DNA of 59,086 bases, filler included, from Sphacelaria rigidula (GCA_964200075.2; 10 parts of 10 records of this genome joined end to end with filler, not necessarily neighbours in it), one strand, 5' to 3'; positions 11,669 to 25,434 are shown, counted from the first letter of the whole stretch. The notes: generated by a model from the sequence alone, not told the origin. A program made the numbers and translations.

Positions 11669-14600
11669 TTTTTTTTCCCAATTCAATATCTCGCACACAC
11701 TTATTTCCTCATACACTCACTTCCAATACAAACTCATTNNNNNNNNNNNNNNNNNNNNNNNNNNNNNNNNNNNNNNNNNNNNTTAATTAATTAANNNNNN
11801 NNNNNNNNNNNNNNNNNNNNNNNNNNNNNNNNNNNNNNATACCCCTTGGACCAGCGGTCAACTTTTGTTCTCCCTTTTGGGCAATCAGGCCGAATAAATC
11901 GTGGATTTGGTGATTCGTAGTCATGATGATTCGTTCTATCCGTGAAATATGGCCTCGGAATAGGTCCTCCAGACGCACCACCCGAACGAGCCGTGATGAA
12001 ATCGGGGTGCCGATTTGAGCTCTGCCAGTGCGCACTTTGCGTAGGGTACGTACACTTCAAATACCCCCGGCTAGAGGGTTCTCGGTCTGTCTGGGGTTCG
12101 GGTTCAGGTTTGGGTGCAGCAGTTGGACTGTAGGGTGTATCATGCATGGACGACTGGACGATCTTGCGCATACCCCCCGGCTCGTACTACTTCCCAAAAA
12201 CACTTTTTGGCAGCGCTGTTCATTTCTTGAGAACCGATATCTCTTCACTTCGTGGGTGAATTCGGGTAATGCAAGTGGCGCACGAACGCGGGAAGCAAGT
12301 CATTGACCCTAGGAATATGCCGACGACTGGGGAACGGTGGAGAGGTTGTGAAAGCGTCTCACCTCGACTAATGTTCACCACACGCTGGACAATGAATTGT
12401 ACTGTAAAAAAATGTACTGCGCACATTTTGGAATCTGTTGTCCGTTGCAATAGGCGCAATAGTCGATACTGTAAGTAGTACAATTCTTGAACGTGTATTC
12501 TGTTGTCATACTCCAGGGTGTGGTATTTACGAAACATTCGCCTGGGGTTGATGCAGTGGCTGGAGTCCTCTTAAAAGCATGCTTGTGGTAGTAGTCAACA
12601 TGTATTTCCCCTTTATTTATGCTCTCATGGTAAGGTGACCATGAAACACCATATGACCAACTAGCCTTCCAGCAAGTGCATGTCTCGTGAGAAGGCTTGT
12701 GGACCTTGAAAGATCAACATTGCACCGGGTGCGGGGGAAACAACACACAAATGTTTCGCTCGCTGTGTGCACATTGCACGATGGTGCGGACCAAAGGGAA
12801 GTTTTTGTTTTTTTCATCCCATTGTCATAGCACTACGACAGAACAGAACATACGCTATCGATTCCGCTATATATTGTGTGTTCCGCACACCCGTCGAGCA
12901 TGTACACCTGCAAGCACATGTTGTCAAGGCATTGACATTTTTTTTGCCAAATCAGAAACAAGTACCCAAATGTGAAATGATCTTCTGGGAGTCACTTCTT
13001 TTTTTTTCCCGAACGTCGGCAGGTGTCCTGTTAGTGCAGAGCACCTCTCCCACCATAGTCACACATTTCCCAGTTAATTCTCAAGAGGTTTCCCGAATGT
13101 TGTCAGGCATGCGCTACTTCCGAACCACTTTCCCGACAAACTCCCAAGGTGCAGGGGCATATGGCGCTAACGCTACCATACTGCATTGGTACGGCAGCCA
13201 CGAAGCTGGAGCGTTGCTCTCTTTTTTTAATTTGGCACGTGTGTGGGAGGGTGGGGTAATGGGTATTTGGTCCGTCGTTTGGGTTGTCCCGTTCGTTCTC
13301 GCGCTTTCCCTTGCACTCTCTCGTCGTTTCATCCTCCTCCTTGTTTCGGACGCCGCTCACTGTGCCTGTATTTTCGTCTAATCTCGGCTGGTCTGGCAGC
13401 AATACGACGCAAGTTTATCGACGTACGCCCGGAAGTACATTGTCCTGTGCATATGGCTGCACCTGGTGATGGCTCGAGTCTTCTTCGCATAGTGAGTCTC
13501 GGTCATTCCGCTTGCGCTTTGGTTTCCTTATTTTCATGTTATTCTTGTTTTTTGTGTTCCGTTACCTGTCGTTACTTACTTTTTTTCTCTCGTTTTTTTT
13601 CCCCTCCAAATATTTTCATTTTTCGTTTTTTGTCGTTCGTTTCCTGTAGTATTGTCTCGTTTGCCCTTCTCCTACTCGGGTTTTACGAAGCCATTTTTTT
13701 TTTTTACCGCAGGCATATCTGATTACCACCGGTAGATGCGTAGCGTATCGACCAGTCATCAAGGAGTCATGCCAATAATGAGTCTCGCCTCTAAAAGACA
13801 AGTTATATCTCGGAGGGTATACTGTTGTACTGTGTTGTCTTTACTGCAACAGGTAAATCACGAACGATATATTCGTGGTCAACTTTCGTGGTATTTGTTT
13901 TGTTCACAAAGGAAGAGTGTACCGCATACTTTCATACAGGGGTACGGGAGACAGAGACATGTCATTCAAATGCGTCAGACACGCACCCGGAGTTTCGTGT
14001 GTACGGGCAGGCGTAAAGTGCCCTCTTCACCATGTAGCAAAATATACTGTCATTAGTGTGCCATTAGTGTTGTTGTTGTCGTCGTTGTCGTCATGTCCGC
14101 GCTAACGACAGATCTCATTCGGCAATAATCAGTCTTTGGCGCCCTGCACGTGCCTTGAAACATAAGCTCTCATCGCGCTGCACACAATTCCGTGGCGAAC
14201 GCATGCAGTGTCCCTGGAAAAGCGAAGTAAAGCAGCTGGGAAGATTTCTCGTTCCGTGATTCGTCCCTTTTCACTTTTTTTTTTTTTATGCTCCATGAAA
14301 ATTATTTTATGTTGAAGCCGTGTTTTCGTGACATTTTGCCCCCTTTTTTTCGAGCGCAGTTGGCCGTTCGAAGATGTCAATGATAAACCAGACTGCGGCC
14401 TACTGTTTTGCGAGCAGACACCTGACGCAACACCGTTCACGGATGATCAATCGCAGATCGTCAACATCTTCGAGGTGAAGTGCAAAAGTGGACTTGTGTT
14501 TCATTCGCATGAACTTGGGATATCATTGGCTCCAGAGTGGCATGGGTGACTGCTTTTGTCGCTTTTTGTGCTATAGGGGCTTGTACTATCCCTCGGCTCC

Positions 14601-16959
14601 GAAATGACCTAATGTTGATGACTGCTGTTGTTTTCAGTACGGAGGCTTCGGGTGCCTTGGCCACAATCTGGTCCACGGAGATTGTCTGTTTTTGTTGTTG
14701 ATATGAGCGGTACATCCCTCGATTACAATTGCGGGGTGTTCCGTCGTGCTTTTCGACGATATTTCATTGGACACTGGACCGTGCTTCAGGTTACCGCGTG
14801 TATTACCGATATGTAGTATATCGCCCCTTGAATACCACCCCCGGTAGTGATCCTCGGATTTTGGTTCAATCACGCGGCTGTTTTCAGTATTGCATTGCTC
14901 CTCCCTTCAATGTCACTCCCGATTGATTTTATTTCTGGGAGAGGGGGGGGAGGGGGAGGGGGTCGATTTTGTCATCATGAGTTTTTCTTGGCACAACCGT
15001 ATGCAGATTTCACGCGTGGGGAGGGATGGATCATGATTATGAATGAGAACGGCGCCACAGTAGTGTATCGTCCAGATTCATTCGACACAAGCAAGCGAGC
15101 ATCCTGGTTGCTCTGTTTTTGTTTCTCATGGGAAACGACGCTGAAAAATAATAGGGCATCTGTTCGCCGCCTTGTGAAGAAATTGTAAAAATAGTCGAAA
15201 CTCCATTTCGCCGTATTCGATTCGTCGTAAACAAGTTACGGAAGAATTGCCAGGCTCCGCAGCATGGCGCGGCTTCGCTGCCAGGTGTATAGTAGCAGCC
15301 GACATCAAAAGCCGATAAGAGGTTGGTATACAAGGTATCCTAAGTTACAACGGAGCAATTCAAGGAATATCGATAGGTTGTTGAAGCGCTAATCCCATGC
15401 TGAATGATGAATTTATAATTCAGCATGCGGGACAATGTGATCGACTTTTTGGGAGTGCGGCATAACTCCGTGCGAATTCCGCTCGCGGTACATTTCCATG
15501 TCGGGAAAGAAGAAAAAAACGCTCGCCAGATTATTCCTTGACTTTGCAGCACTCGATGCAGGGGGTTTATATCATTCGCTCGAGGCAATATTTGATTTCC
15601 AATTGCATGCAGCGTCATTGCTTTTTGTAGTCCAAGCGCGAAACTCGTTTTTTTTCGTTGTCTATGAATGATGTCCATGCAGATTTTGGGTATACTGATC
15701 TTCTTGGTCGGAGGCGGGTTTTTGGCTTTGTGGTACATCAAACACTACGCTACGAAGCTCGTGACCAAGAAGCATCGAGAGGTACGGGAGCGCGTCGTTT
15801 GTGCCGGTAGTAATAGGGATGTTTGCTGCAAGAAAATGACGTCCTGTTTTGAAGTCGTAAGAATGCTAGCGCGATAACGGAGATGTGCTTTGTGTGGAAA
15901 TGGACAAGAGGATGTGTTGAATTTTAGAATCGTTCATTTTGCTGGGTGTGACCCTCGAATCCTGGACCCTGTATCGTAAAGTAAAACAAGACTTTTTTTT
16001 TCGCCTGCTTTCGTTTATGTCATTGTCTTTTTCTGGTTCGTCATCCTCCGCTTTTGTCCTGCTCTCCGGCTGTGTGTTACAGTTGTCTCGCTTCTCTCGT
16101 CAAGCAAAGTTGGTCATCCCTGAACGATTAATGTTAGAAGTTGCCACTTTATTATGACGAATGGCGGTCCTTCCGTAATAGTTACTTTTATCCAATGTCT
16201 TCTCTACTGTAGTCGTTTGACACAAACGCGTCCCAGTGTGACGATGATAGTGGGCCCGTGCACAATCGTACAACAGGGTGTCGCCTGTATCCGCTGGCGT
16301 GTTCGTTCTACGTGCACCCCTAAGACCACAAGTGATCGGTGACCAGTGACCGGTGACCAGTGATATGACACCCAACTGACGTCGATGTGACTGCCTGCCA
16401 GTACTTTAGTAATTGAGCAGTCGAGTTGAGGTCTCTTTAGCATACCGCCGTTTCATTTCAAACGTTTTTTTCGATCTACGCCCCGACAGGATGCGGGTTG
16501 GGTACGAGGACATTGGAGTGAAACGGATCGGAGTCATGATCCAATCGCAGTGTCGTGGGAGAGGCGTTGGTGACGTCGCGGTAGAGTTCTTGGGAGAAAA
16601 TGACGTGCTTCGATCCGCGCAGGTGTCGAAACGTTGTGCACTGAACAACTGAGCTATATATCTCTATATCTTTGTGTGAAAAAAATACCACCTTGCAGCA
16701 TGAGTGGCAAGCGTCCAATCACGAGACCTGCAACCCATGTTGTGTTGGGTCAAGTGGCATACCCTTGATTGATACCGAAGAACAAGGAAGACGCGACCAC
16801 TTGACACCAAACAACGTATAGACTGACAGCAGTTACCGATATATCCCTCCGTAGTAATATGTACACACTGTAGCATCGGCGTCTGGAGCTTTCTACCATG
16901 AAGCGCACAGGTCCAGGAGACCACTTCGTGGTGAGGAATCCCCCCCCCCCCCTCCCCTG

Positions 16960-17601
16960 CCCGAGGTTTGTAGGGGCGGACCCCCCTATGAGGTTGGCGT
17001 GGGTTGGCGATGATGCTGTAAAACATCCCACTCACCGCTTGAGCTAGGCAATCGGGTCACCGATTTGTTTTTGCGCGCTTGCGTTGTTTTTGTGGCAGCC
17101 ATGATGGTGGTCGAGCTAGATCGCATTGTGCGGGGTGAGAGAGCTCAACTCCGCGCGGGGGGGATGATCATACTACGTAGTTTTCAAAGCGTGAGAGACA
17201 CCCATGAGGCAGTGTGTGACCCGTGGCTGTCTCTGAAAGTGACGATACCAGAAAACGAAGCAACTCATCGGAAGCTGTCATTCAAATCCACGAAAATCAG
17301 TAGGCTCCCGGCCGAACAACCTGAGCAGAATGTAGCTCACCCTTCATGCGACTCACCGAACACATCACGGCGCTCCGCGCTTCGTGATTGATTGCAAACC
17401 TGGTCTGGCGAAAACAGCGTGCTCCGTCCCGGCTTTGTAGGAATGTGAGATCCATGATCATATGACTACAGCCCACACACACACCCTTATTGTGGGCACG
17501 TTTTGACTCCCCCTCCCCCTTGATATATAGGTCAATGGTCTGATGACCATGGCAAACCCTTATCGTGGGCACTTTTTGACCCCCCCCCCCCCCCCCCCCC
17601 C
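16960..17601 (+). mobile_element. C-tailed element (long form, variant 3' end GGGCACGTTTTGAC), followed by a second short copy
   Basis: Aligns with 25470-25970. The end motif acccttatYgtgggcacKttttgac plus a C-run occurs twice (17483-17520 and 17556-17601). Flanks ccccctcccc(c)t occur on both sides of the long copy. Confidence 0.75.
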
Positions 17602-17757
17602 GTCCCTCTCTCTCCTCGCTCAAGCCCGCACCAACTCACACAACGAACAAAGGCAGANNNNNNNNNNNNNNNNNNNNNNNNNNNNNNNNNNNNNNNNNNN
17701 NTTAATTAATTAANNNNNNNNNNNNNNNNNNNNNNNNNNNNNNNNNNNNNNNNNNNN

Positions 17758-20300
17758 GTCTCCGTCTTCTTCTCCGATCCGGTCAGTCCAAAGGCCCCAA
17801 ACACGTCCACCATGATGGTCATCATCCTCGCCAGTCCGTCGGGAGATCTCGAGACGACGCCGGCATCGTCGGCATACAGTATTCCCCACACCGCTCTTCG
17901 TACACGTTCCAGCGGTGTTTCCGCCCCCCTCCCCGTCTACTCATCGAGATCTACCATGTCCTTGGTGATCACATCGTCCTCGCTGAACCGCGGCGAAGAA
18001 GATGTTGCAGCAGGAGAGGCAGCACATATCCTTGTCGCAGTCCCTGTGTGACTTCAAACCACTTCGAGAACTCCCCGTCGTCCATGCGTACGCGAACTTG
18101 CATACCGTTGTGGAATTGGCAGATAACTGTCATCATCTCATCCGGAATACCAGCTCGGGCCAGTACCTGCCACAAAAGCTCTCGGTCGACCGAGTCATAT
18201 GCTTCCTGGAGGTCGACGAGGCACATGTACAGCAATATTCTCCGCCGCCGTCCCAGCTCCTGGAGCCGGGGCACTACGAACAGCATATCGACAGTGAATT
18301 GGTCAGGTCAGAAGCCATTCTGTTCCTCCGGTAATATCCCGTGCGTTTCGCAGTGGTCGCTGAGGCGGTTGGCCACTATCTTCAGGAGCAATTTCCCTGC
18401 GTGCAATACCAGAGAGATCTCCCTGTAGTTATTGCAGATGAACCGTTCCGAATCCTTGTGCAGCACCTTGATCGTTGCATCTTTCCACTCCCGCGGGACC
18501 TCCCCTCCGTTCCACACCTCGATGAGAATGGTATGGAGGCGTTCGAGGACGATGGGTTCGGCGCGGCCGTCGATCTTGAGTAGCTCCACAGGAAGGGAGT
18601 CGTGTCCTGGCGCATTCTAGTTGTGCATCCCCCGGACTGCTCGTCTGGTTTCCTCCAGTGTTGGTGCTGCCCCAAGCGGTACCGAGTCACCGGTGGTTGA
18701 CGCTACCGGTCGCTGCTTCTCCTCCTCGATGATGGCTGGGTTCAGCGTGGGCGATTTGGCGTTTGGCGGGGTGCGGAAGAAGCTCGCCCACCGTTCAAGG
18801 ATGGCAATTTTGTTCCTCAGTAGGACGCCGTTCTCGTCCTTTATTAACTGCTGCTTCCCGTATTGCCTTCCACCAAGACCCACCGATCTCTCGAGGTATT
18901 TTTCCAGGCCTCTCATGTCGCGATCCTTGTAGATCGCTTCTAGCCTTGCCACATACCTCTCCAGATGTACATGGATGTCGTCGCCTATTGCTGCACGTAC
19001 GCTCTTACACGCGGCTCTGAGTGCTTTCCACGATGCTGGGGTCCGGTGATTCTTCATCAGTCGGCGTGCCCCCTGTCGCTCGGCGAGCGCTGCCTCCACT
19101 GTTGCTCTCGTGCCGGGGCTTTCACACCATTCCGGCATACATGGTAATCGTGTCTCTTCCGGGAGTACTGTCTGCGCTGCTTCGAGGATAGCTTCGGTAA
19201 ACTCCTTCGCGGCCGCCGGTGCGGTGGTGATTGGTTGGTATTTTTGCTCGCCAAGTTCATGTAGGAACCTCTCGGTCACGTGTCACCTTGCCATTTCGAT
19301 CTGCAGCTGCTGTCGACTGAATTGACGCTGCTTCGATTTGGTTCGTACTGGGCGATTGTGAGCAACGCGGCCACTGAGGTCGACAGTGGCCACCACCATG
19401 TTGTGGTCCGAGTCCGCTTTAGCCAGGGTCCGCTTTAGCCAGGGTCCGCTTTAGCCAGGGGTGCGGGTTGGGGGTATACGACTACGTTGCGCACTCTACC
19501 TCGATGTGCCTACCGGGTGAGTATGTGGTCTATGCGCTTGAGGTCGCTCGTGCGATTCCCCGCAACACCGTTGTATGTGTGCGAGATTCCGCCTTTGCGC
19601 GTGCTGAAGAAGATGTTCGTGGTGGCTAGTTTGTTGTCAGTTGCGAAAGTCAGCAGATCTTGCTGTTATGGTTCAGCCCATCACATCCATAGGCGCCTAG
19701 GACCCCTTCGTCCTCTACACCCCCTCCTACTTTGTCCCCCGTCCGCGCGTTGGCATCCATCAAAACGTACACACATTCCTTCGACGGGATTCGCTGTACG
19801 AGATCATCAAGTCCGTCCCAGAAAGCTTGTTTCGTTTTGTTCTTGGCGACTTCAGTTGGTACATACGCAGCTACGAAATTGATCGCTCCTCTCTGTCCCG
19901 ATATTTCCAACCGCATTGCCATGGAGCGCTCGTCAACATACTCAGTAGTATAGGTAGCGTTATTGCAAATCGATTCTTTCACGGCTATCTCCACACCGTG
20001 TTGCCCACCTGACTCGCTCCCACTGCAGAAGACTCCGAACTCTGCTGCTGTACAGTCTATTGGCCCCGCCCCCCTTGTCTCCTGCAGTCCTATCACCGAA
20101 ATGTCAAGTCTCGCAGCCTCGTACAAGACGCTGTAGTCTCGCCCCCATCCGTTGGCCCCTTTCACAGCTATGGTTCTGACATTGTAAGTGGCTACCTTAT
20201 CAACTCGACTCCGCTGTCTCGCCCGGGCTACTCTTGCTGCTTTCCTAGCAAGCCTCCGCCTCGCCCGGCCCCTCCTCTTCTTTTTTCTGCTCTTGTTCAT
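17758..20300 (-). pseudogene. RTE ORF (endonuclease-RT polyprotein) broken by stops and frameshifts
   Basis: Split over ORFs 19650-20300, 18617-19279, 18308-18589, 17969-18286 and 17758-17891. In-frame TAG at 18617-18619. Tandem triplication of gtccgctttagccagg at ~19412-19459. Confidence 0.88.
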
Positions 20301-21010
20301 TTGTTTCTTTTATCGCGTTTTGGACTCTCTGGCTTTTGCTAGCCCGGTGCTCGCCTTTTATCACAGGAAGGTGCAACTTTCCTGCTCTGTCCGACTCTAC
20401 TCCTTCCTCGCTCCTGGTGTGCGTACCCACGCGATGTGCAGCCCTTCCATTCCTGTCGAGGCTGTCCCCACTGCGTTCTCCGCCGCTCCATAGCCCCGGT
20501 GTCCAGACCGGTGCTTTATCGTTTAGCTGCATGCTGCCGCTGAAGTTGTTCCGAAACGAAGCACCGCCACTCTCATGATCGTGGTGCCTCCTATCTTCCT
20601 AACTTGGTCTGCCCGTCGATACGAGGCTGGGGCCCGTGTCTCCGCCGTTGTTGGATGATCTTTGGATGGTGGTCTAAGATCACAGGCGAACTTCTGCCCA
20701 CCCCAGCATGGGCAGTCGGGGAAAGGGGGTGGTATCTGAAAAATTTAGTGCTATATGAACCACACTGTGTCTCACGACCCCTGTATCTCCTATCGCCCAA
20801 AACTCAGAGTCCACGTCGGCACGATGCTCGGGCTCGTGTCCCCTGCCTTTCCCCGCTCCGCCTTCGTTGCTTTGGTGTTCTTTGTGTGTGATCTGAGGTC
20901 ACTGGCGGTCCTCGGCCCACCCCAGCAGGGGGCAGGCCAGGAGGAAGGTGGAAGAGTCGTTGTCCTGGGGTTTATCGACAGTCGACAGTCCATTACCTGC
21001 TAGTCCCCCA
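17758..21010 (-). mobile_element. RTE-clade LINE (APE endonuclease + reverse transcriptase), decayed; 3' end lost at the contig edge
   Basis: Endonuclease motifs: VATYNVRT, VIGLQETR, VAAYVPT, LMDANAR. RT motifs: APGHD, NYREISL, EEQNGF, VDLQEAYDSVDR, GLRQG, LYADD. The single-ORF layout is typical of RTE. The 5' boundary is approximate. Confidence 0.93.
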
Positions 21011-23114
21011 TTGTCATCTGTCTTTTCTTGTCTTGTGTTTTATTTCCCTTTTATTTCGATAAGTTTTGAAGCAAATCTGAAGGGTTTGTTTTTTCCATCA
21101 TGCCGACGATGAAGTCGGGGGAAGCTATTTCTCACCTGTTTTTCTTGGCGTCTCTCTTCTTGTTTTTATTTGGTAATATTTTGTTTAATTGTGTTTGTTT
21201 TGTCTTTGGTCTGGAGTCTCATAAAAATTTATGATAACTATGTCTTGTAAAGAATAGCAGGGATGGTATTGGAAACGAGCCTACGTCCGTGACCACGGGT
21301 CGAGAGATTGGACTAGTGTGCGGAAATAATAATATTGATGATGATGATGGTGGTGATGATAATGACGACGACGATAAGCTTCCCAACCCCTGTGCCAGAA
21401 ACAAGCACGATCAGAGAACATAATATTTAGTGTACACAGCCCCCAAGTTGACTATACACCCGCAGAACAAGCGCACTAGCTCCGGCGCAAGCCCTTTCTC
21501 ATTCGCACCCGACGGTTTTCGTTGACGGGAGTAATGGTTGAGAAGCTGTAGTAGGTGAGCAATTGTATAGGACGCCAGAAAGATGCAGTTGTTGAAGGTT
21601 ATTGCCTATTCATTTTTTGACGGTTTCACCCACACCTAGCGCATCATACTCAGCTGATCAAACAGAAAACGCTCGAGCTATGCTTCGAGGAGTTGGGTTT
21701 AGGGAATCTCAGACTCATGCATATTTATACAGCAGGACAAGGTTGGATCATCGCATGCGCCACGGTGTGGTCGCCGCGTCATTTCCGCCGAGGGGCACTA
21801 TTATAAATATTTGTATCGGCCACTCTCATGATACGAAAAAACTCTCCGGGAAATTTTCACCGGGACGGAGGATCTAGCACGTATATCTAAGACCGTTTCG
21901 TGTGGGTCTTTTTCCGGGATGAAAAAATCTGCGAGTTCGGGAGTTTTCCCATAGGTTTTATTTTCCTGTCCACTTTTCATAGGCCATTTCTTGTGCTACG
22001 AAAAATTCAGTTTGAAAAAACTTTTCTGGTCAGTTCGGGGCAGATAGCTATATGTGTGATTGTTGCTTGTGGGGAACTTTCTCCGAGGAGCTTTGTTTGA
22101 GAGATGAAAGCTATGTCTGATTAAGCATATTGTTATACAATCGTCTGATGAATGCTTCCGCTTTTCGATCTGGATTAGGGCTGTTTGAGAAACGATATCG
22201 CCGAAAACGCCTCCATATCCATGCGTCGGGGTAGGAGTATGGAGTCTGGAGATTGTCTATACGTACAACGAGGAGATCACAACAATTGGGTCGGACATGG
22301 CACACCAGCTTGACAGCATTGTCGTCTTGGCGACCGTGATGAATCACAAGGCCGTCGCTGACAACATCACATCGTTTAATCATTTGGCGAGGAATCATCG
22401 TGAACTGACGATGATGATCTTCTCAACGACGAATTACCGGTGACTTCATCGCTATCTCTTGTCCTTGCGATGCAGCATCTGATGGCTATACCATAGTTAC
22501 TCGAATCGACGTAGGATGACTCAACAAATCACGGCAATTCTTGAAAATTCTCACAAAGCGGCCTCACGTGGAGACAAGCATGCGGTTTTGGGGATATCAA
22601 AAGTTCGTCCCAACAGAGTATATCAAAACGCCTCCTAACAAATACATTGCACCTGTCTATACAGACAGCGCACACTGTGTACGGTGTAGCAATAGTACTG
22701 AGTAAAAAACGGTCAGTCCGCTGTGCAAACTGGTGCAGCACGCGCAAACGTATTCATATGCATGCAAACACGAGAGCAGCAGCTTGCCTAGTACGTGCAG
22801 TAGAGATAACACACCGGCCGCTGTTTCGCATAGTAGAATTGATGATGACCATCATGCAGGAAATCGCTCCTATCCTGGCGTAAAACCCACCAATTACCAT
22901 CCAGAGTCGTGAGAAACGGCTTCGAAAACCGTTTTCGTCAAATAAATTTGCCGGGAAAAGGTCACCGCCCGAACATTTTCTAGTCTGTCGGAAATATTGC
23001 AGGTTTCTCACGACCCAAAACAGGAGTAGTGACCTTTTCCTGACAACCCTGCTCGACCTAGATTATTCCTGAAACCGCTTGTCATGACTCGGTATGGAAA
23101 CTGGAAGGTGTTAA

Positions 23115-23211
23115 CCTTAGACCGCGAGTTTAGTCTCCTGTTGAATCGGCATCAACTTCAAGTGAACAACAATATGCATGATCCAGCAAGACTAACCTCG
23201 CGGTCTAAGGG
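23115..23211. mobile_element. 97-bp piggyBac-type MITE
   Basis: TTAA-CCTTAGACCGCGAGtTTAGTCT ... AGACTAAcCTCGCGGTCTAAGGG-TTAA. TTAA duplication at 23111-23114 and 23212-23215. Confidence 0.8.
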
Positions 23212-23697
23212 TTAAACCAAGATAGGAGCGACTGCCTGCGTGATACTTGCTATTATTAATTTCGTGTGCCGACAGAGGCCACTGCACCGTCTGTCATTCA
23301 CGGTTGTGTACTATCTGCACTGCATGTTTCAATGCTCTCGTTCGTCGTACCGTATGCCGCTGCTGTTTGTGCATGCAGTTTATATACATGACTGTGTGCC
23401 GCAGCTGTGTACAACTCGTGCTGTTGCACAGCGGCATTCACTCATGTACTGTTTCTGTACCGTACACCGTTTGTGCTGTCCATACTGTGCCGCGGGCAGC
23501 TGTACTTCATCTATGTACGAGCTGGGCCAGCCTAAAAACGGATTCAAGCTCTAAAAGCAATATCTCATCGACACAGNNNNNNNNNNNNNNNNNNNNNNNN
23601 NNNNNNNNNNNNNNNNNNNNTTAATTAATTAANNNNNNNNNNNNNNNNNNNNNNNNNNNNNNNNNNNNNNNNNNNNCAACCTCGTGTTTGCAACGCG

Positions 23698-23734
<37 letters not shown>

Positions 23735-25434
23735 GGAAGGATCTTTTCGGCGTCGTGGGATCCCCGCTTGGCTTTATTCGCTTCTACGTCGAAGACAGCT
23801 ATATCTTGTTGTCTCAGACATTCATGGCGCTGATTTTCGGAATATTACAACCACTAAGAATTAGCAGAAATCACACATTACGGTCACGTACGTCACGTCT
23901 CTTCAGATCCGTGTGTCCCAGAAAGAAATGCGGGATGCACTGAGGCGCGTGAGAGACGCTTCGAGGCGGCAGGCGCGCTGGACTTGCGAGCTTGACTTTC
24001 ACAGAGCGCACGAACCCTAGTGCATACGGTGAACAATATTTGATATTTTTGCGACTAAGCTTCAAGAGCGATAAGTGTATATCTTTGCTGTATATAGTGC
24101 CTCAGGTGGACCACAGCACCAGTACCTGCAGTGCGGTACTGCAATATAATCGAACAGCATTCGGGTGACACCCCGCTTCAATATGAGATTCTATGTTTGA
24201 ATGCACTCAACCTATTATCCAAATATTATTTCAAGGGGAGAAGGGGAGAAAACAGAAGTGAGCTTTTTCTCTGGAGGAGCTACGTAGTTGTTGTACTATG
24301 AGCAGAAATTTGCAATGACAAGAATGTTTTGAATTGCGAAAAAAACGCATTGCCACGCAGAAAACCAGTACGAATACAACTTCTGAAACGCCTGATATCC
24401 TGATATTGCAGGGATGCCGATCACTTCATTCAAGATCGGGATCGCTCACTCGGAGTCGCCTTCAAACCTCACCTGCTTCGATAGTTTCTGGATTATGTAC
24501 TCTCGAAACACTGGCCGAACGAACAAGCTCAGGGGGGGGGCACGTTCAGCTGTCGTCGCCGACAGCAGTAGCAACGGAGCAGACTACAGGAGGAAACTTG
24601 TCCACTTCCGAAACAAGATAAACCAGATTTTCAAGGCTGGTGAAGTGATTACTGTCACGGTAAGCTCACCAATAAAGCCGCTGGTTCGAGTATATGTCAT
24701 CTATGTAGTCCGGGTAGTCGACAGTACGGATATCGCCAACGTACTGGCTTTTAAATGATTAGGTCTTCTTTGGACGGCTCTCGGGGGTCGGCGCGACGCA
24801 CGACCCAGGAGAGTCGTGGGACGACCGTGACTATTCTGAACGTGTTTTTCTTTCTCTCATGCAGTCACTTGAACGCGGGAACTTCCTGCATCGTAATGTT
24901 CCCCCCTAGCGCTCATCGTCCCGGCTAGCAGTCCCTGCGCGGCACATGCAAAGTGCAGATGATTGGGCCAAGCCTCCATCAAGGCTGTCAGTACGTTGAA
25001 ATGCATCCCAACGTCGACACCAGAGAAACTCGACCCCTTTTCCGGGCTAACATACCTTGCGAACACCTACCGGACAAGCCAGCGCATGACAGTGGTAAGG
25101 TGTCTGTCACACTCGATGGATTATGTTCAACACAAGACCACAGGGTGTCAGATTCGCCGTCTGCATCCATTGAATTGTTTGAGGTTTCATCGGTAGTCCG
25201 AGTCTCACTCCATCACGCCCATCTCTCTTGCTCACATTCCACGGCTAGAGTCACCATGACTACTGCCACTAGATCGTTGTTTGCTTCTTCCAAAAGTGGC
25301 AGCGTTGACATCGCAACTGTATGGTCGGGTGCGTTGACAACTTTGTTGATTCACTCCTCTGCACAGCATTTGCCCACCAGCCCCCCCCCACTCCCCAAGA
25401 GTGAGTACACCTTTCCCCCCTACTCCACAAAATA

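Noticed and set aside
14380..14490. PD-(D/E)xK nuclease-like phrase TPD...FEVKC
   Set aside because: Short isolated motif in a 73-aa ORF with no supporting flanking motifs; could be chance.
17529..17582. Minimal hammerhead ribozyme (CTGATGA-CCATGG-CAAAC)
   Set aside because: GAAA and the UH cleavage triplet are missing, and CTGATGA is CACATGA/CAAATGA in most copies of the family.
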